Positions 47,701 to 56,380 of a stretch of DNA of 64,000 nt are shown here, one piece after another. This DNA is from Bacteriovoracaceae bacterium. Lineage in GTDB: Bacteria > Bdellovibrionota > Bacteriovoracia > Bacteriovoracales > Bacteriovoracaceae. The notes under the pieces were generated by a model. It worked only from the letters and a program-made list of their open reading frames with translations. It was not told the DNA's origin and made no database searches. The position numbers and the translations under genes are program-made. The stretch's first letter is position 1; each line of letters begins with the position of its first letter. The stretch is from positions 608,001 to 672,000 of the forward strand of contig JBLWTJ010000001.1 in assembly GCA_048270185.1 (NCBI GenBank), given 5' to 3'.

Positions 47701-50498
47701 GACTCTCCTGCTCCAAGTTGATCTGGTAAGTTTGAGATAGCAACTTGAGAAGCTGTCCCAAATACTTCAACGTTAACAGTATGGGACTCACTTGTAAGTG
47801 ATCCATCAGAAACTGTATAAGAGAAAGTATCTTGGCCCACGAAGCTTGCGGCCGGCGTATATGTACAATCAGCACCAGTACAAGAAACTGTACCATTTGC
47901 ACCATTACTTGCACTAAAAGTTAGTGCATCACCTTCAACATCACTACCTGTTAAAGTAAATGAAGCTGAAGCTGTATTTTCTTTTGTATTAATAATTGAT
48001 GCAAAATTTGCAACCGGTGCATCATTGATTGGATTAACAGTGATTGTGACAACTTTTTCAATCGAATCACCACTACCATCATTGACAGTATATCCAAATG
48101 AATCGCTTCCATTAAAATCTTGCCCAGGCGTATATGAACAAATTGCACCTGAGCAAGTAATTGCACCACTTGCTGGGTCTGAACTAATAATATAAGAAAG
48201 AGCATCACCATCAACATCACTACCACTTAAAGTAAGAGGAAGTGAATTATCTTCATCAACACTTTGGTCAGCTAAAGTACCAACAGGTAAATCATTTAAA
48301 GCTGAAATCGAAATATTAATTTGAGACTGAGAAACTTGCCCATCATTATCTGTTACACTAACTATAAAAGAATCACTTCCATTTGCATTTGCATTTGGCG
48401 TGTAAGTGAAGTTATTACCAGTGAAAGAAACAGTCCCTTTTAAACCTTGACTAACAACTGAATAAATTAAACTTGCTTCTAAAGTATCGTAGTCATCAGA
48501 AATGAGCATACCAGTAATATCGCTATCCTCACTTCCACTATGATTTAAGAAATTAGTTGAGATATGTGGAATATTTGAACCTAGACACTCAAATAATACC
48601 GATCTTTCTTCGCCATTTCCTGAATCCATATTAAGCTCATAAGTTCTTCTAAGAACTTCATGTAAACCAGAGAGAGGATCAACAATATTATCCGTAAAAG
48701 ATAGGGCATCATCTGCTAAAGGATTAGCAGCTCCTGAATACGAGCCTGCCTCATAGAATCCGGCAGAACCGTTATCCGACTCTCTATCAGTTGAGAGACT
48801 AATTGAAGCATCGATAAATTTATAACCTGAAGGAATTGACCAACCAACAGTTGAACTACCAATAGAAGCACATAACTCCGCTTCTGAGTTTGAAAAACTT
48901 GGGTAAGCTTTTGCAGACATGGCCGAAGGCCTTGGCACCATCATCTTGTAAGTATGTCCACTTTGCGTGATCTTATAAATTAATTTCTCAGGTAGCATTG
49001 TTACATCATTTGGAAGATCAAATTTTGAACTCTCAGATGAACCAGAGGCGATTGAAACTGGTGAGGCAGGATCAATCCCCGGTCCAACAATACTAATATC
49101 TGCAGCAGCGCTACTGTCAACTTCTAGGTTACCTTGAATAATCTTAGTTGATGTCGAAGCTGTCGAAAGTTTTAAATCTTTTGAAATAATATTACGGTGT
49201 CTGACAAATAAAGACAGATCACTAATATCTGATTGGTTACCATCAATTGGATAGACATTAATATCGGCCGTTGCTGCATCGGCATCGTAGTCAACCGCTT
49301 GAACTGCATCAAAAGTCGTCCAGAAACTTAGCTCTTCACTACCTCCTACTTTCTTTACAAGTCGTAGTGTAATAAAGGCTTCAGGAGTTTCACCGTCACC
49401 TAATCCTGATAGTGTAAAGTTCGCTACTTGAACAGCTGAAAGATCAGTCGTATTAGCGATTTTATTTTTAAACCCAGTTAAATCAAGGCCATCATTTTTA
49501 AAGGCAGCATCATTAGATGATTCTGTATCAAAGAGTAGGTCATATTGCGCACTTGGAGAACCGCTCCATGCAAGGCGATTGATTGTCGCTTCAATATCAT
49601 CACGCTTATTACTTGTCGAATTAACCAGAGTCTCAAGTGAAGATTGCGCACTATTTGCAGCGGCAACTTTTGCATCATACTCAGTATCAGCTTCATCCAG
49701 AGAATCTGTGTCTAATGGAATTGCTTGAACGTCATTTTCAAGATCTGTTGGATCACCAGCATCGAGAACAAATAGCTCAGTTGATTGAGCGCCAGCATTT
49801 GTTGGATCTTTAAATTCTTGAACCTTCGCTTGAATTGTTGGATCTTTTGGTGAAACTGTAATCTCACCATTAGTACTTCCACTGTGATTCATCGTAATAC
49901 TTAGATTATCTAAAACAGCATCTAGACCTCTATTATTGGCAACGAATGACTGATTCATAATATCAACAGAATCAGTGGCCATAACGGCCTTAATAATTGG
50001 CTTAATGGCCTTTCTAACTAATTCCTTATTTGTATTAAGCTTTGCTTTTGTAATAAGTGAATCAACATTGGCCATGGCATAATTATCAAAGATATCACTT
50101 GGGTCTGTATCACCCACCGTGTTGGCCATAACTAAGTGAGTAAGTGGCGTAATATTTACAGTTCCACCAATATCTTCACTTGTGGCAGCTGAAGTAAATT
50201 GAACAGAAGGGTTTTCAATTGAAGTTACTTTAATAATATAAGGCCCTTTCTTATTAGTGACATTGAAAGTGTACTTACCATTTGAATCAGTATAAGTTTC
50301 TCCAAGCTGAACATTATCGTCAGCATCACGATACTTAACCTGTACTCTCCCAAGAATCGGTTTACCTGTTGCTGCTACACCTGAAATATATGACTGACTT
50401 CCGCCTGCTGCACTTCCAGCACTACCTGAACCACCGCCAGAGCAAGAAGCTAGTAGTCCCATTAATATAAAAAATGTATATCCCTTTTGAAATTTCAC
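44715..50498 (-). CDS. giant surface lipoprotein: Ig-like (Big_9/cadherin-like, invasin-like) repeats + C-terminal YD-like region
   Basis: GGAGG RBS before GTG 50498; lipobox LLASC; NDAP/DVDGDAL/YTP...GSDSF repeats x3; DxxGNP motifs; YNEKGQ, YNDAGLL, TYDGSNRL. Confidence 0.85.
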   Translation of the reverse strand: MKFQKGYTFFILMGLLASCSGGGSGSAGSAAGGSQSYISGVAATGKPILGRVQVKYRDADDNVQLGETYTDSNGKYTFNVTNKKGPYIIKVTSIENPSVQFTSAATSEDIGGTVNITPLTHLVMANTVGDTDPSDIFDNYAMANVDSLITKAKLNTNKELVRKAIKPIIKAVMATDSVDIMNQSFVANNRGLDAVLDNLSITMNHSGSTNGEITVSPKDPTIQAKVQEFKDPTNAGAQSTELFVLDAGDPTDLENDVQAIPLDTDSLDEADTEYDAKVAAANSAQSSLETLVNSTSNKRDDIEATINRLAWSGSPSAQYDLLFDTESSNDAAFKNDGLDLTGFKNKIANTTDLSAVQVANFTLSGLGDGETPEAFITLRLVKKVGGSEELSFWTTFDAVQAVDYDADAATADINVYPIDGNQSDISDLSLFVRHRNIISKDLKLSTASTSTKIIQGNLEVDSSAAADISIVGPGIDPASPVSIASGSSESSKFDLPNDVTMLPEKLIYKITQSGHTYKMMVPRPSAMSAKAYPSFSNSEAELCASIGSSTVGWSIPSGYKFIDASISLSTDRESDNGSAGFYEAGSYSGAANPLADDALSFTDNIVDPLSGLHEVLRRTYELNMDSGNGEERSVLFECLGSNIPHISTNFLNHSGSEDSDITGMLISDDYDTLEASLIYSVVSQGLKGTVSFTGNNFTYTPNANANGSDSFIVSVTDNDGQVSQSQINISISALNDLPVGTLADQSVDEDNSLPLTLSGSDVDGDALSYIISSDPASGAITCSGAICSYTPGQDFNGSDSFGYTVNDGSGDSIEKVVTITVNPINDAPVANFASIINTKENTASASFTLTGSDVEGDALTFSASNGANGTVSCTGADCTYTPAASFVGQDTFSYTVSDGSLTSESHTVNVEVFGTASQVAISNLPDQLGAGESQTINFLVADINGSTVTDHNESVVVTLTEEGGATSNPTVTYANGIGSFDISPTAMGTFTIDFATVKSDSDSTAVNASESIVITSGAIASIDSFASPDIQADAGEEITISVSAADSFTNPTGHNDQDVLRFEFTSGGRNEIVSHNLLDATIESGVLRGRLPSASGGEIVVRGLDAGTLDYAFYKGEEAGALHTNSIPVVALAAIAQFEITPSAATLSADDTLELTIVRQDMYGNPITSGDSTITLSEAVTPYVNDLPNKVEITGDSYDFQIGGPASVPDFVAGAFDFNGIESQVILDGQSQVVVSGINLMRAVPSKINVADSSDASVSSELDFTVTAGVPASLLVHPSIDVDYDENNGDLSVEKGNTFHAILQLVDSDQNPITTNDEITVSLNAGDIVGSNLLEASDISGAGDLSMTGKLNSDQVYGAFSFKVDRIADLAISAKLSDDSIIATDLAIAIKAAEKSRLLDFVLDNGSNELISTVRYNEKGQPRVFVDDQEEIFFMSYNDAGLLDRVTKYSAWYGRTTLVHLYKNEFGELDKVISSGVNYDSHPSQADLLGLISYIKTNDVSNDDYISYFNSVLSFDTLATYNKYYNFTWESGVCNVIDANIVDEIDDSEFATYLRKAVLCPSASTGMRVATIEERNINVTLDLENLDATVAAFPTGTFFDQYYNDFFVMNYNASGHIEDVSFMMVGASDQGSDVAHKDRATSASASTKLAFTYDGSNRLASFNYSKMASVETFTSAFCDGSQVFYKYDGSEYSQLLANDARTSWVELKYISGSTLEDVNSGYQYTTNDVTGNCGSVDYYNATTGICINSFYVKDIASCSSLDDDSFDSGMLYINQALYASAPDANGDHAHVGRTTIYVPYADANLAYSSTRNYVMDLEVSNGNGASFFQKVTRNYDATTGLLVLDQAQLMHPVQTAGQYVYDFTDTFAISNGQVSSLALNEYYLDPNDGPLNTIEVTEAMRFDREVGPCSTDGLLYIELDELDKICK

Positions 50499-50538
50499 TA
50501 ACCCTCCTCGACAAGTTAACAAAAATAAGTTTAGTGCT

Positions 50539-50565
50539 TAATCGGATATATAATTTGGTCCTTAA
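50539..50565 (-). promoter_or_regulatory. sigma28 (FliA)-like promoter
   Basis: TTAA-N15-TCCGATTA upstream of the giant lipoprotein. Confidence 0.5.
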
Positions 50566-50709
50566 GCCCGTCAGAGGCCATTGGTAACAATCAATCTAAT
50601 AATTTCAGCAAGTTAGGTAAGTTAAGGTAATAAGAATTACCAATAAACTTTCTTAAGCTTAACCAAGAATTATTTCAAAATTTTAAGAAATGGCAATTTT
50701 GCGTGCTAG

Positions 50710-50994
50710 TTACATATTAATAAACATCCGGCGTAGCTTATTGCCGTTACTAAAGCGATGGTCTTTTGCATGACTCCCCTTTAATCGAAAATGATGTCTT
50801 TGCTTAAATTTCTCACGATGCTTTCTCTTGCCCTTATGATACTTCCGCTGCACACGTTTTTGAGAGCGCTTCTTATCACTAAAGTCATAACTAGTTTCAT
50901 CATCAGTAAACATCACCTGAAGACGTCTTCGACTTAGGTCAAATAATGGCAGACAAAAGCCTATATAGAATAGGGCCAGTAAGTATTTCATCAA
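50710..50994 (-). CDS. small basic hypothetical protein
   Basis: GAGGT RBS; N-terminal hydrophobic segment, K/R/H-rich tail. Confidence 0.45.
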   Translation of the reverse strand: MMKYLLALFYIGFCLPLFDLSRRRLQVMFTDDETSYDFSDKKRSQKRVQRKYHKGKRKHREKFKQRHHFRLKGSHAKDHRFSNGNKLRRMFINM

Positions 50995-51164
50995 TACCTC
51001 TCTTCTTAGAAGTTAAATGTCATTTGGATTTTTTAATTAAGAATTGAAGTATTCATATCATTCACCTCGAATGTTGATTTGATTGGTCGTTTTGAAATTG
51101 AATTTTAGGTGAAGTTATTTATTCATGATGGATAGATTATAACATATGAAAGCGTGTTCATGTA

Positions 51165-51194
51165 AAAAGAAAAGGCCCGCGAGGGAGCGGGCCT
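51165..51194 (-). terminator. intrinsic terminator
   Basis: AGGCCCGC-tccctc-GCGGGCCT followed by a T-tract on the minus strand. Confidence 0.75.
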
Positions 51195-51240
51195 AAAATC
51201 AACAACAACACATGGAAATTTAAAAAAGGGAATTTTTAAA

Positions 51241-51663
51241 TTACTCGCAAAGACCTTCGTGTGCGAACACGGCCTTAGCTCTATATAATTCACAAGAATT
51301 TGAATAATTAATAGCAAACTCTCCATCAATACCACTTACAACACCACAGACAGGTGCAAAGATTTCTGGACAAGCTTGTACTTCAGCTGTTTCATCGACC
51401 CAATTTTGGCAATCAAGGATAGCTTCTAATTTATACTTACCAAGACCAGCTTGCTTAACAGCGTATTTACCGTTTTCACAACTTTGAGTTTCAAAGTATT
51501 CGTTGATTAAAGAGATCTCTTCGTTTTGCTCAGTGATAATCACTTTGAAGATTCTACCTTTAAAAGTTTGTGAGTCTACTAAGTTACCATTTAGAATAAT
51601 TTCTTTAGCACTTACGTTTAATGTTAATACCGCTAAAAAAATGATTGATACTAATTTACTCAT
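51241..51663 (-). CDS. secreted protein with C-terminal Kazal-type protease inhibitor domain
   Basis: Signal peptide; CPEIFAPVCG...YSNSCEL...HEGLC. Confidence 0.82.
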   Translation of the reverse strand: MSKLVSIIFLAVLTLNVSAKEIILNGNLVDSQTFKGRIFKVIITEQNEEISLINEYFETQSCENGKYAVKQAGLGKYKLEAILDCQNWVDETAEVQACPEIFAPVCGVVSGIDGEFAINYSNSCELYRAKAVFAHEGLCE

Positions 51664-51775
51664 GGTTTTCTCCCGTACGTCCCTAAAATATTTAATCGAA
51701 CGAAGTCTTATCTTGTGAAAAGAGTTATAGACCAGAATATAAATTAGTAAAAATTATATATTTTAATGATTATCC

Positions 51776-51790
51776 ATAATATTCTGTTAT
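51776..51790. promoter_or_regulatory. LysR-type operator
   Basis: ATAA-N7-TTAT (T-N11-A) between the divergent Kazal and LysR genes. Confidence 0.45.
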
Positions 51791-51828
51791 ACTAAAACAG
51801 CTAAAAACAAGGATAAATAGCTGAAATT

Positions 51829-52731
51829 ATGAACGTTGACCATATATCAATTCCGACATTAAGAGTTTTTATTGAGGTTTTTGAGACAAAGAATATGTCT
51901 CAGGCCGCAAAAAATCTTGCTATGACTCAACCAGGAGTCTCTCAGCATATAAAATCTTTAGAGGGTTTACTTGAGACGCCCCTATTTGATCGCATTAGCA
52001 AAAAGCTTCTACCAACGGCCGAGGCCGTCTTACTTTATGAAAAGACGAAAACTATCTTAAACAGTCTTGAACTTGCATTAAATGATGTATCAAGTAAGAA
52101 GAATAAACTTAGAGGAACGATTCGAATGGGAATGCCGATTGAGTTTGGCAATAATAAAATCCTTCCTATCGTTTCTAGTTGGCTTAAAAAGCATCCACAA
52201 GTCTCTCTTATTATCAATTACGATCACGCGGCAAGACAGAGCCAAATGCTACTTGATGGAAGTCTTGATTTTGCAATTACTGATAGTTTCAATTTTCCAA
52301 AGCAAATTGCCACAGAAAATCTTTCTTCAGAAAGACTTATTCTTTGTTGTTCTAAGCAATACGCTTTGGAGCATGGCCTAACCGAGCAAAGTCTTTTTAA
52401 GAAAACAGATGGACTCGATTTTATCGCCTATCTTGAAGGCGCTCCAATGGTTTCAAGCTGGTTTAAATATCACCTTAATCGTGTCTTTCACGGAAATATA
52501 AAATCACAACTAATGGATGTACAAGGGGTACTAAGACTTACCCTGGCCTCTGTTGGAATTTCAATTCTTCCTCTGCACGTTATTTCGCAACAAGGAAATA
52601 TCGATCAACTCATCCTCTTTAAGGGAAGGAAAGAGCACTTAATAAATGAGCTTAATCTCGCTTTTTTAAAAGGCAGGAATGTGTCAGAGGCGACAGAGAG
52701 TTTATTTAATGAATTAAGAGGTCATATCTAA
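51829..52731 (+). CDS. LysR family transcriptional regulator
   Basis: MSQAAKNLAMTQPGVSQHIKSLE...LFDR HTH. Confidence 0.95.
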   Translation: MNVDHISIPTLRVFIEVFETKNMSQAAKNLAMTQPGVSQHIKSLEGLLETPLFDRISKKLLPTAEAVLLYEKTKTILNSLELALNDVSSKKNKLRGTIRMGMPIEFGNNKILPIVSSWLKKHPQVSLIINYDHAARQSQMLLDGSLDFAITDSFNFPKQIATENLSSERLILCCSKQYALEHGLTEQSLFKKTDGLDFIAYLEGAPMVSSWFKYHLNRVFHGNIKSQLMDVQGVLRLTLASVGISILPLHVISQQGNIDQLILFKGRKEHLINELNLAFLKGRNVSEATESLFNELRGHI

Positions 52732-52732
52732 G

Positions 52733-52762
52733 AAAAAAAAAGCCGCTTTGTAAGCGGCCTTT
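52733..52762. terminator. terminator hairpin
   Basis: A-tract GCCGCTT-tgt-AAGCGGC. Confidence 0.7.
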
Positions 52763-52787
52763 ATCAATTATCAATTTATCTAGTAAA

Positions 52788-52964
52788 TTATTGATTCATT
52801 CCTGGAGCTGTTGATTCGTTAGTTGTCGTAACGTTTGCTTCTTCATCTGCCAGAGTGTTTAAGTACTCTTCAACTTGAGCTTTAGTAACTTTACCTTCAG
52901 CAATTAGTTTATCTCTTAGTCTTAGGTCTAATACCTTTTCTTGTAGTGCTCTTGAAAGTCTCAT
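52788..52964 (-). CDS. small conserved-looking protein (58 aa), below the ORF track cutoff
   Basis: AAGGA RBS; MRLSRALQEKVLDLRLRDKLIAEGKVTKAQVEEYLNTLADEEANVTTTNESTAPGMNQ. Confidence 0.75.
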   Translation of the reverse strand: MRLSRALQEKVLDLRLRDKLIAEGKVTKAQVEEYLNTLADEEANVTTTNESTAPGMNQ

Positions 52965-53071
52965 GGAATTTCCTTATCTAATAAATTATGGTTAATTTAA
53001 ATATTAATGTAGCTTTATATCATGTGTTAGAGGCTTTGCAAAGCCCTAAATAATTCAATAAGTTACCTTAA

Positions 53072-53818
53072 TTACTGCCAATAACGCGGCTCTTCTGGGT
53101 TTGGCTTCTCTTCTTCATCCACCAATCTAAGATGTCCCTTCTTTTTCTTATTCGCCTTAGCTGAGAATTTATTAGTTCCACCAGCACGCGCACCTTGTGT
53201 TCGCAAGTAATTACCTAGTGCCTTAACACCAACGACAAAGACGGCGCCAAAGATCATCGATGCAATATTTCCAAAGGCCTGAGCTCCACCTGGAGTAAAG
53301 AAGCCTTGGTAAACATTCATCCCTGCCAGAATTAAGCAGAAGTACTTTGCTTTAACAGGAATAATCATAAAGAACTGAAAAATTCGATCAGGATAAATAA
53401 CGGCATAGCTCACACACATGGCCGAAGACAAGAAGGCCATTCCGTGAAATGGATAATGCAAAGATGCTCCTCCCATAAAGAGAGAAAAGAAACTAAAAGC
53501 AAAACCATTGACGAGAGTAGCAAGCATTAGATACTGAATATAGCGCTTCGAACCCCAACGCATTTCAAGGTCACTTCCAAGAAACCAAAAGAGAAGTCCA
53601 GTAAAGACAACATTAAAAAGCCCCACATTCACAAAAGGATAAGTAATCATTTTGTAAATATGGCCTTGTTTTAAACCTGAAAGATTAAGACCTAAAATAT
53701 TCACAAGTGAAATATCTAAGAATTGAGCAAAGACTGCGGCCACCACAAATGAAACGACAAGAATACCTATTAGGTATCGGTTCACTTTAGTTAAAGGTGG
53801 TAAGTATGTTTGCTGCAT
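53072..53818 (-). CDS. rhomboid-like membrane protein, probably inactive
   Basis: ITYPF, LFWFLGSDLE..WG..RY, IPVKAKY; lacks GxSG and the catalytic His. Confidence 0.75.
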   Translation of the reverse strand: MQQTYLPPLTKVNRYLIGILVVSFVVAAVFAQFLDISLVNILGLNLSGLKQGHIYKMITYPFVNVGLFNVVFTGLLFWFLGSDLEMRWGSKRYIQYLMLATLVNGFAFSFFSLFMGGASLHYPFHGMAFLSSAMCVSYAVIYPDRIFQFFMIIPVKAKYFCLILAGMNVYQGFFTPGGAQAFGNIASMIFGAVFVVGVKALGNYLRTQGARAGGTNKFSAKANKKKKGHLRLVDEEEKPNPEEPRYWQ

Positions 53819-53827
53819 TCGATCTCC

Positions 53828-54241
53828 CTATGACATTTTTTGTGCAATTTCGATGAGAACGCCACCAGTTGACTTAGGATGAATGAAGTTCACTAAGCAG
53901 TTGTTGGCACCAGTGCGTGGCTCATCATACAAAAGATTATAGCCTAGATCACGTAGCTCTTGGGACTTTTTTGTAACATCTGGAACGCGGTAGCACATAT
54001 GGTGAATACCTGGACCTTTTTTCTCAAGATACTTGGCAATAGGACCTTGCCCATCAATTGGCTCAAGTAATTCAACATGAGCATTTTCATCAATATTGGC
54101 AAATGATGTCGTTACTTGCTGGTCTTCAACCACCTCTCGATGATTAAATGTTAGACCTAAATCTTGATAAATTTTTTCGGCCTTATCGAGGTTTTCAACC
54201 GCGATAGCTATATGATCTAAGAAACAATCTTTATTAAACAT
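53828..54241 (-). CDS. mce: methylmalonyl-CoA epimerase
   Basis: DHIAIAV, VELLEP, GPGIHHMCY, FIHPKSTGGVLIE. Confidence 0.92.
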   Translation of the reverse strand: MFNKDCFLDHIAIAVENLDKAEKIYQDLGLTFNHREVVEDQQVTTSFANIDENAHVELLEPIDGQGPIAKYLEKKGPGIHHMCYRVPDVTKKSQELRDLGYNLLYDEPRTGANNCLVNFIHPKSTGGVLIEIAQKMS

Positions 54242-54326
54242 AAATTCTCCATGACGATAGATTTCCTAGGCATTATAGGAAACTCCTAAAGCATGAGCAA
54301 GTATGAGCTTTAGACATAATTAGAGC

Positions 54327-56198
54327 CTAAAGGTCACTTAAATTAAATGGCGGTGAATCAAGCACATTGTCACCAGTACAATCAGCTGCCGTCGTCGGTG
54401 CAGCAGGCTCCTGAGGAGTCACTGGTGGCTTACAAAGTCCGTCAACACAATCCCCAAATGTTGGCACAGAGTAACATCTCTTAGCACAAGAAAGGGCACT
54501 ATTTGGATCATTGATGCGGATCAAGTAACATTGACGAACATATTCAATTCGACAAAATTCCTTTGATACACACGACTGATTTGGAACCTTTGAACAAAGA
54601 ACTTGTTCAAAGTCATTATTAACGTGGTCTTTACATGTATTTGTTGATCCATCACAACACAGTGACGAACAATCAAAGTCTGAGTTACAACTATCACCAG
54701 TTGACTGATTCCCCGTTGAATCAAAGTCGTCACTACACTGGCCAACAATCGAGCGAGAGAAACAACGATTATTAAAACAACACTCTCCTGAGCCACACTC
54801 GCGGTTAGCACCACAAGACTTAAGAGAATTAAAATCATAACCGTCTTTAGCTCCAAGTCCTGTTTTTAAAAGTTGAAGTTTAATATCTTTAGTAACTGCA
54901 ACCTGAACCTCAAAACCATTTTCCATTGTGAATAATTCGATTGAACCAGTTACGTTACAACTTGAAATTGTCTCACCAGTTACTTCGTTATAATTCTTGG
55001 CACGGATATTACAACCATCCATATAATCAGTATCTCCTGCCGCATTTAGTGTCTGCACAGAGCGATTAGCAAATGGTGAAGTTGCACCGAGGTATTGAAT
55101 CCCTGTTGTTTGGTAGTTAATTTTTCCAGCACGTGGAAATAAGTAAGCCTGCATCCCTGCTGTGACATTTGCGAAATTTGCAGCACCAGCAAGCGGTGAC
55201 TTAAAGATCGCACTTGGAGTTGTCCCCGACTGATAAATTGCAGAACCTGAAATCTCCCATTCGTCAGTGTTAAAAACACGGTATGGGCCATTATAAGTAT
55301 AAGCGCTACCATCAAGAGTTAAAACTTGTCCGATACTTGTTGGATGATTAGAACCAAAGAGGCTTAAGAACATTGAACTGTCACTACGATCAGGAAGACA
55401 TTTCTTCATATTCGTTTCAAGTGACTCACCTGAAAGAAGATTACCTTCAATATCAATTTGCTCATAAGTTGGAATATTAGTTTTAGCAACCGTATTCCCA
55501 TCAACCACTTCGTTATACCAAAGTGTTTGGTCCTTAATCTTTGCATAAGCGTAGAGACAAGTATCCCCCGCTTGGTCACAATTAGGATGGCTGATTGAAG
55601 AAGTAAAAGTTGGATCATCTTCAATACGAAGCCCACGACAATAAAGACCTGCATTTGTTGGGTCATCAATGACATCAGCAGCTGTGTCACTATCATAGTC
55701 ATTATAGTCAAATAGATCATAAAGGAGTCTGATGTCTGCAAATTGCTTGGCACTCATATCAAAAGTGATAACGTTGATTGTTGAATATTCAGTAATCCCT
55801 GAACCTGGAACTTGGCCAACAACACCGTCGATCACAACCGGTGTTCTCTCACGGCCAAAATAGAAGCGACCTTTAATAACTCTATTTTTAAGTGAAGCAA
55901 TATTTAAACCTGTAAGGTGTAATTTCCCACGGAAATCACGAGGGATCGAAACTTTCTTTTTAAATGAACCTGTATTTGGATCAATAATCTGAGTGATTTC
56001 AACGGCCGTTGTCTCCGGCATACTCGTTACTTCATCTTCACCATTGATGGCGCCATTGCCACCACCTGTACTTCCACCATCACCGTCACCGACTGTCTCA
56101 GAAGGTGCATCGACGAGAGAAGATCGCGTCGATCTCGGGGCCTCCATACATGAGGCAAGACTTGTTAAAACGAATAGACCAAAAATTAATTTCTTCAT
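54327..56198 (-). CDS. lipoprotein with Cys-rich C-terminal domain
   Basis: Lipobox LASC; CGANRECGSGECCFNNRC, CNSDFDCSSLCC repeats. Confidence 0.8.
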   Translation of the reverse strand: MKKLIFGLFVLTSLASCMEAPRSTRSSLVDAPSETVGDGDGGSTGGGNGAINGEDEVTSMPETTAVEITQIIDPNTGSFKKKVSIPRDFRGKLHLTGLNIASLKNRVIKGRFYFGRERTPVVIDGVVGQVPGSGITEYSTINVITFDMSAKQFADIRLLYDLFDYNDYDSDTAADVIDDPTNAGLYCRGLRIEDDPTFTSSISHPNCDQAGDTCLYAYAKIKDQTLWYNEVVDGNTVAKTNIPTYEQIDIEGNLLSGESLETNMKKCLPDRSDSSMFLSLFGSNHPTSIGQVLTLDGSAYTYNGPYRVFNTDEWEISGSAIYQSGTTPSAIFKSPLAGAANFANVTAGMQAYLFPRAGKINYQTTGIQYLGATSPFANRSVQTLNAAGDTDYMDGCNIRAKNYNEVTGETISSCNVTGSIELFTMENGFEVQVAVTKDIKLQLLKTGLGAKDGYDFNSLKSCGANRECGSGECCFNNRCFSRSIVGQCSDDFDSTGNQSTGDSCNSDFDCSSLCCDGSTNTCKDHVNNDFEQVLCSKVPNQSCVSKEFCRIEYVRQCYLIRINDPNSALSCAKRCYSVPTFGDCVDGLCKPPVTPQEPAAPTTAADCTGDNVLDSPPFNLSDL

Positions 56199-56238
56199 AA
56201 TACTCTGTGGTTAACGAAAGTGATTCATCTCAATACCC

Positions 56239-56265
56239 TTATCGAAATAAGAATTAATTAAGTTA
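56239..56265 (-). promoter_or_regulatory. sigma28-like promoter (weak)
   Basis: TAAC-N15-TTCGATAA. Confidence 0.35.
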
Positions 56266-56380
56266 AGTCTAAGTAAATATTAACCTAAGTTATGAAAATT
56301 CTGCCGAATGGACGATAACCAACTGTATTTAGGTAGGAGTATTGAAAACAACCGCCTTAAAAACTGGACTAATTAGCTAG

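Noticed and set aside
47760..48570. Repeated DNA segments as a possible array or DGR template/variable repeat
   Set aside because: They are diverged in-frame Ig-domain repeats; I saw no adenine-specific mismatch pattern and no reverse transcriptase.
51000..51125. Possible leader peptide or structured RNA (TTCACCT...AGGTGAA inverted repeat, tiny ORFs)
   Set aside because: Only a 7-bp stem and a 7-codon ORF in AT-rich DNA; not distinguishable from chance.
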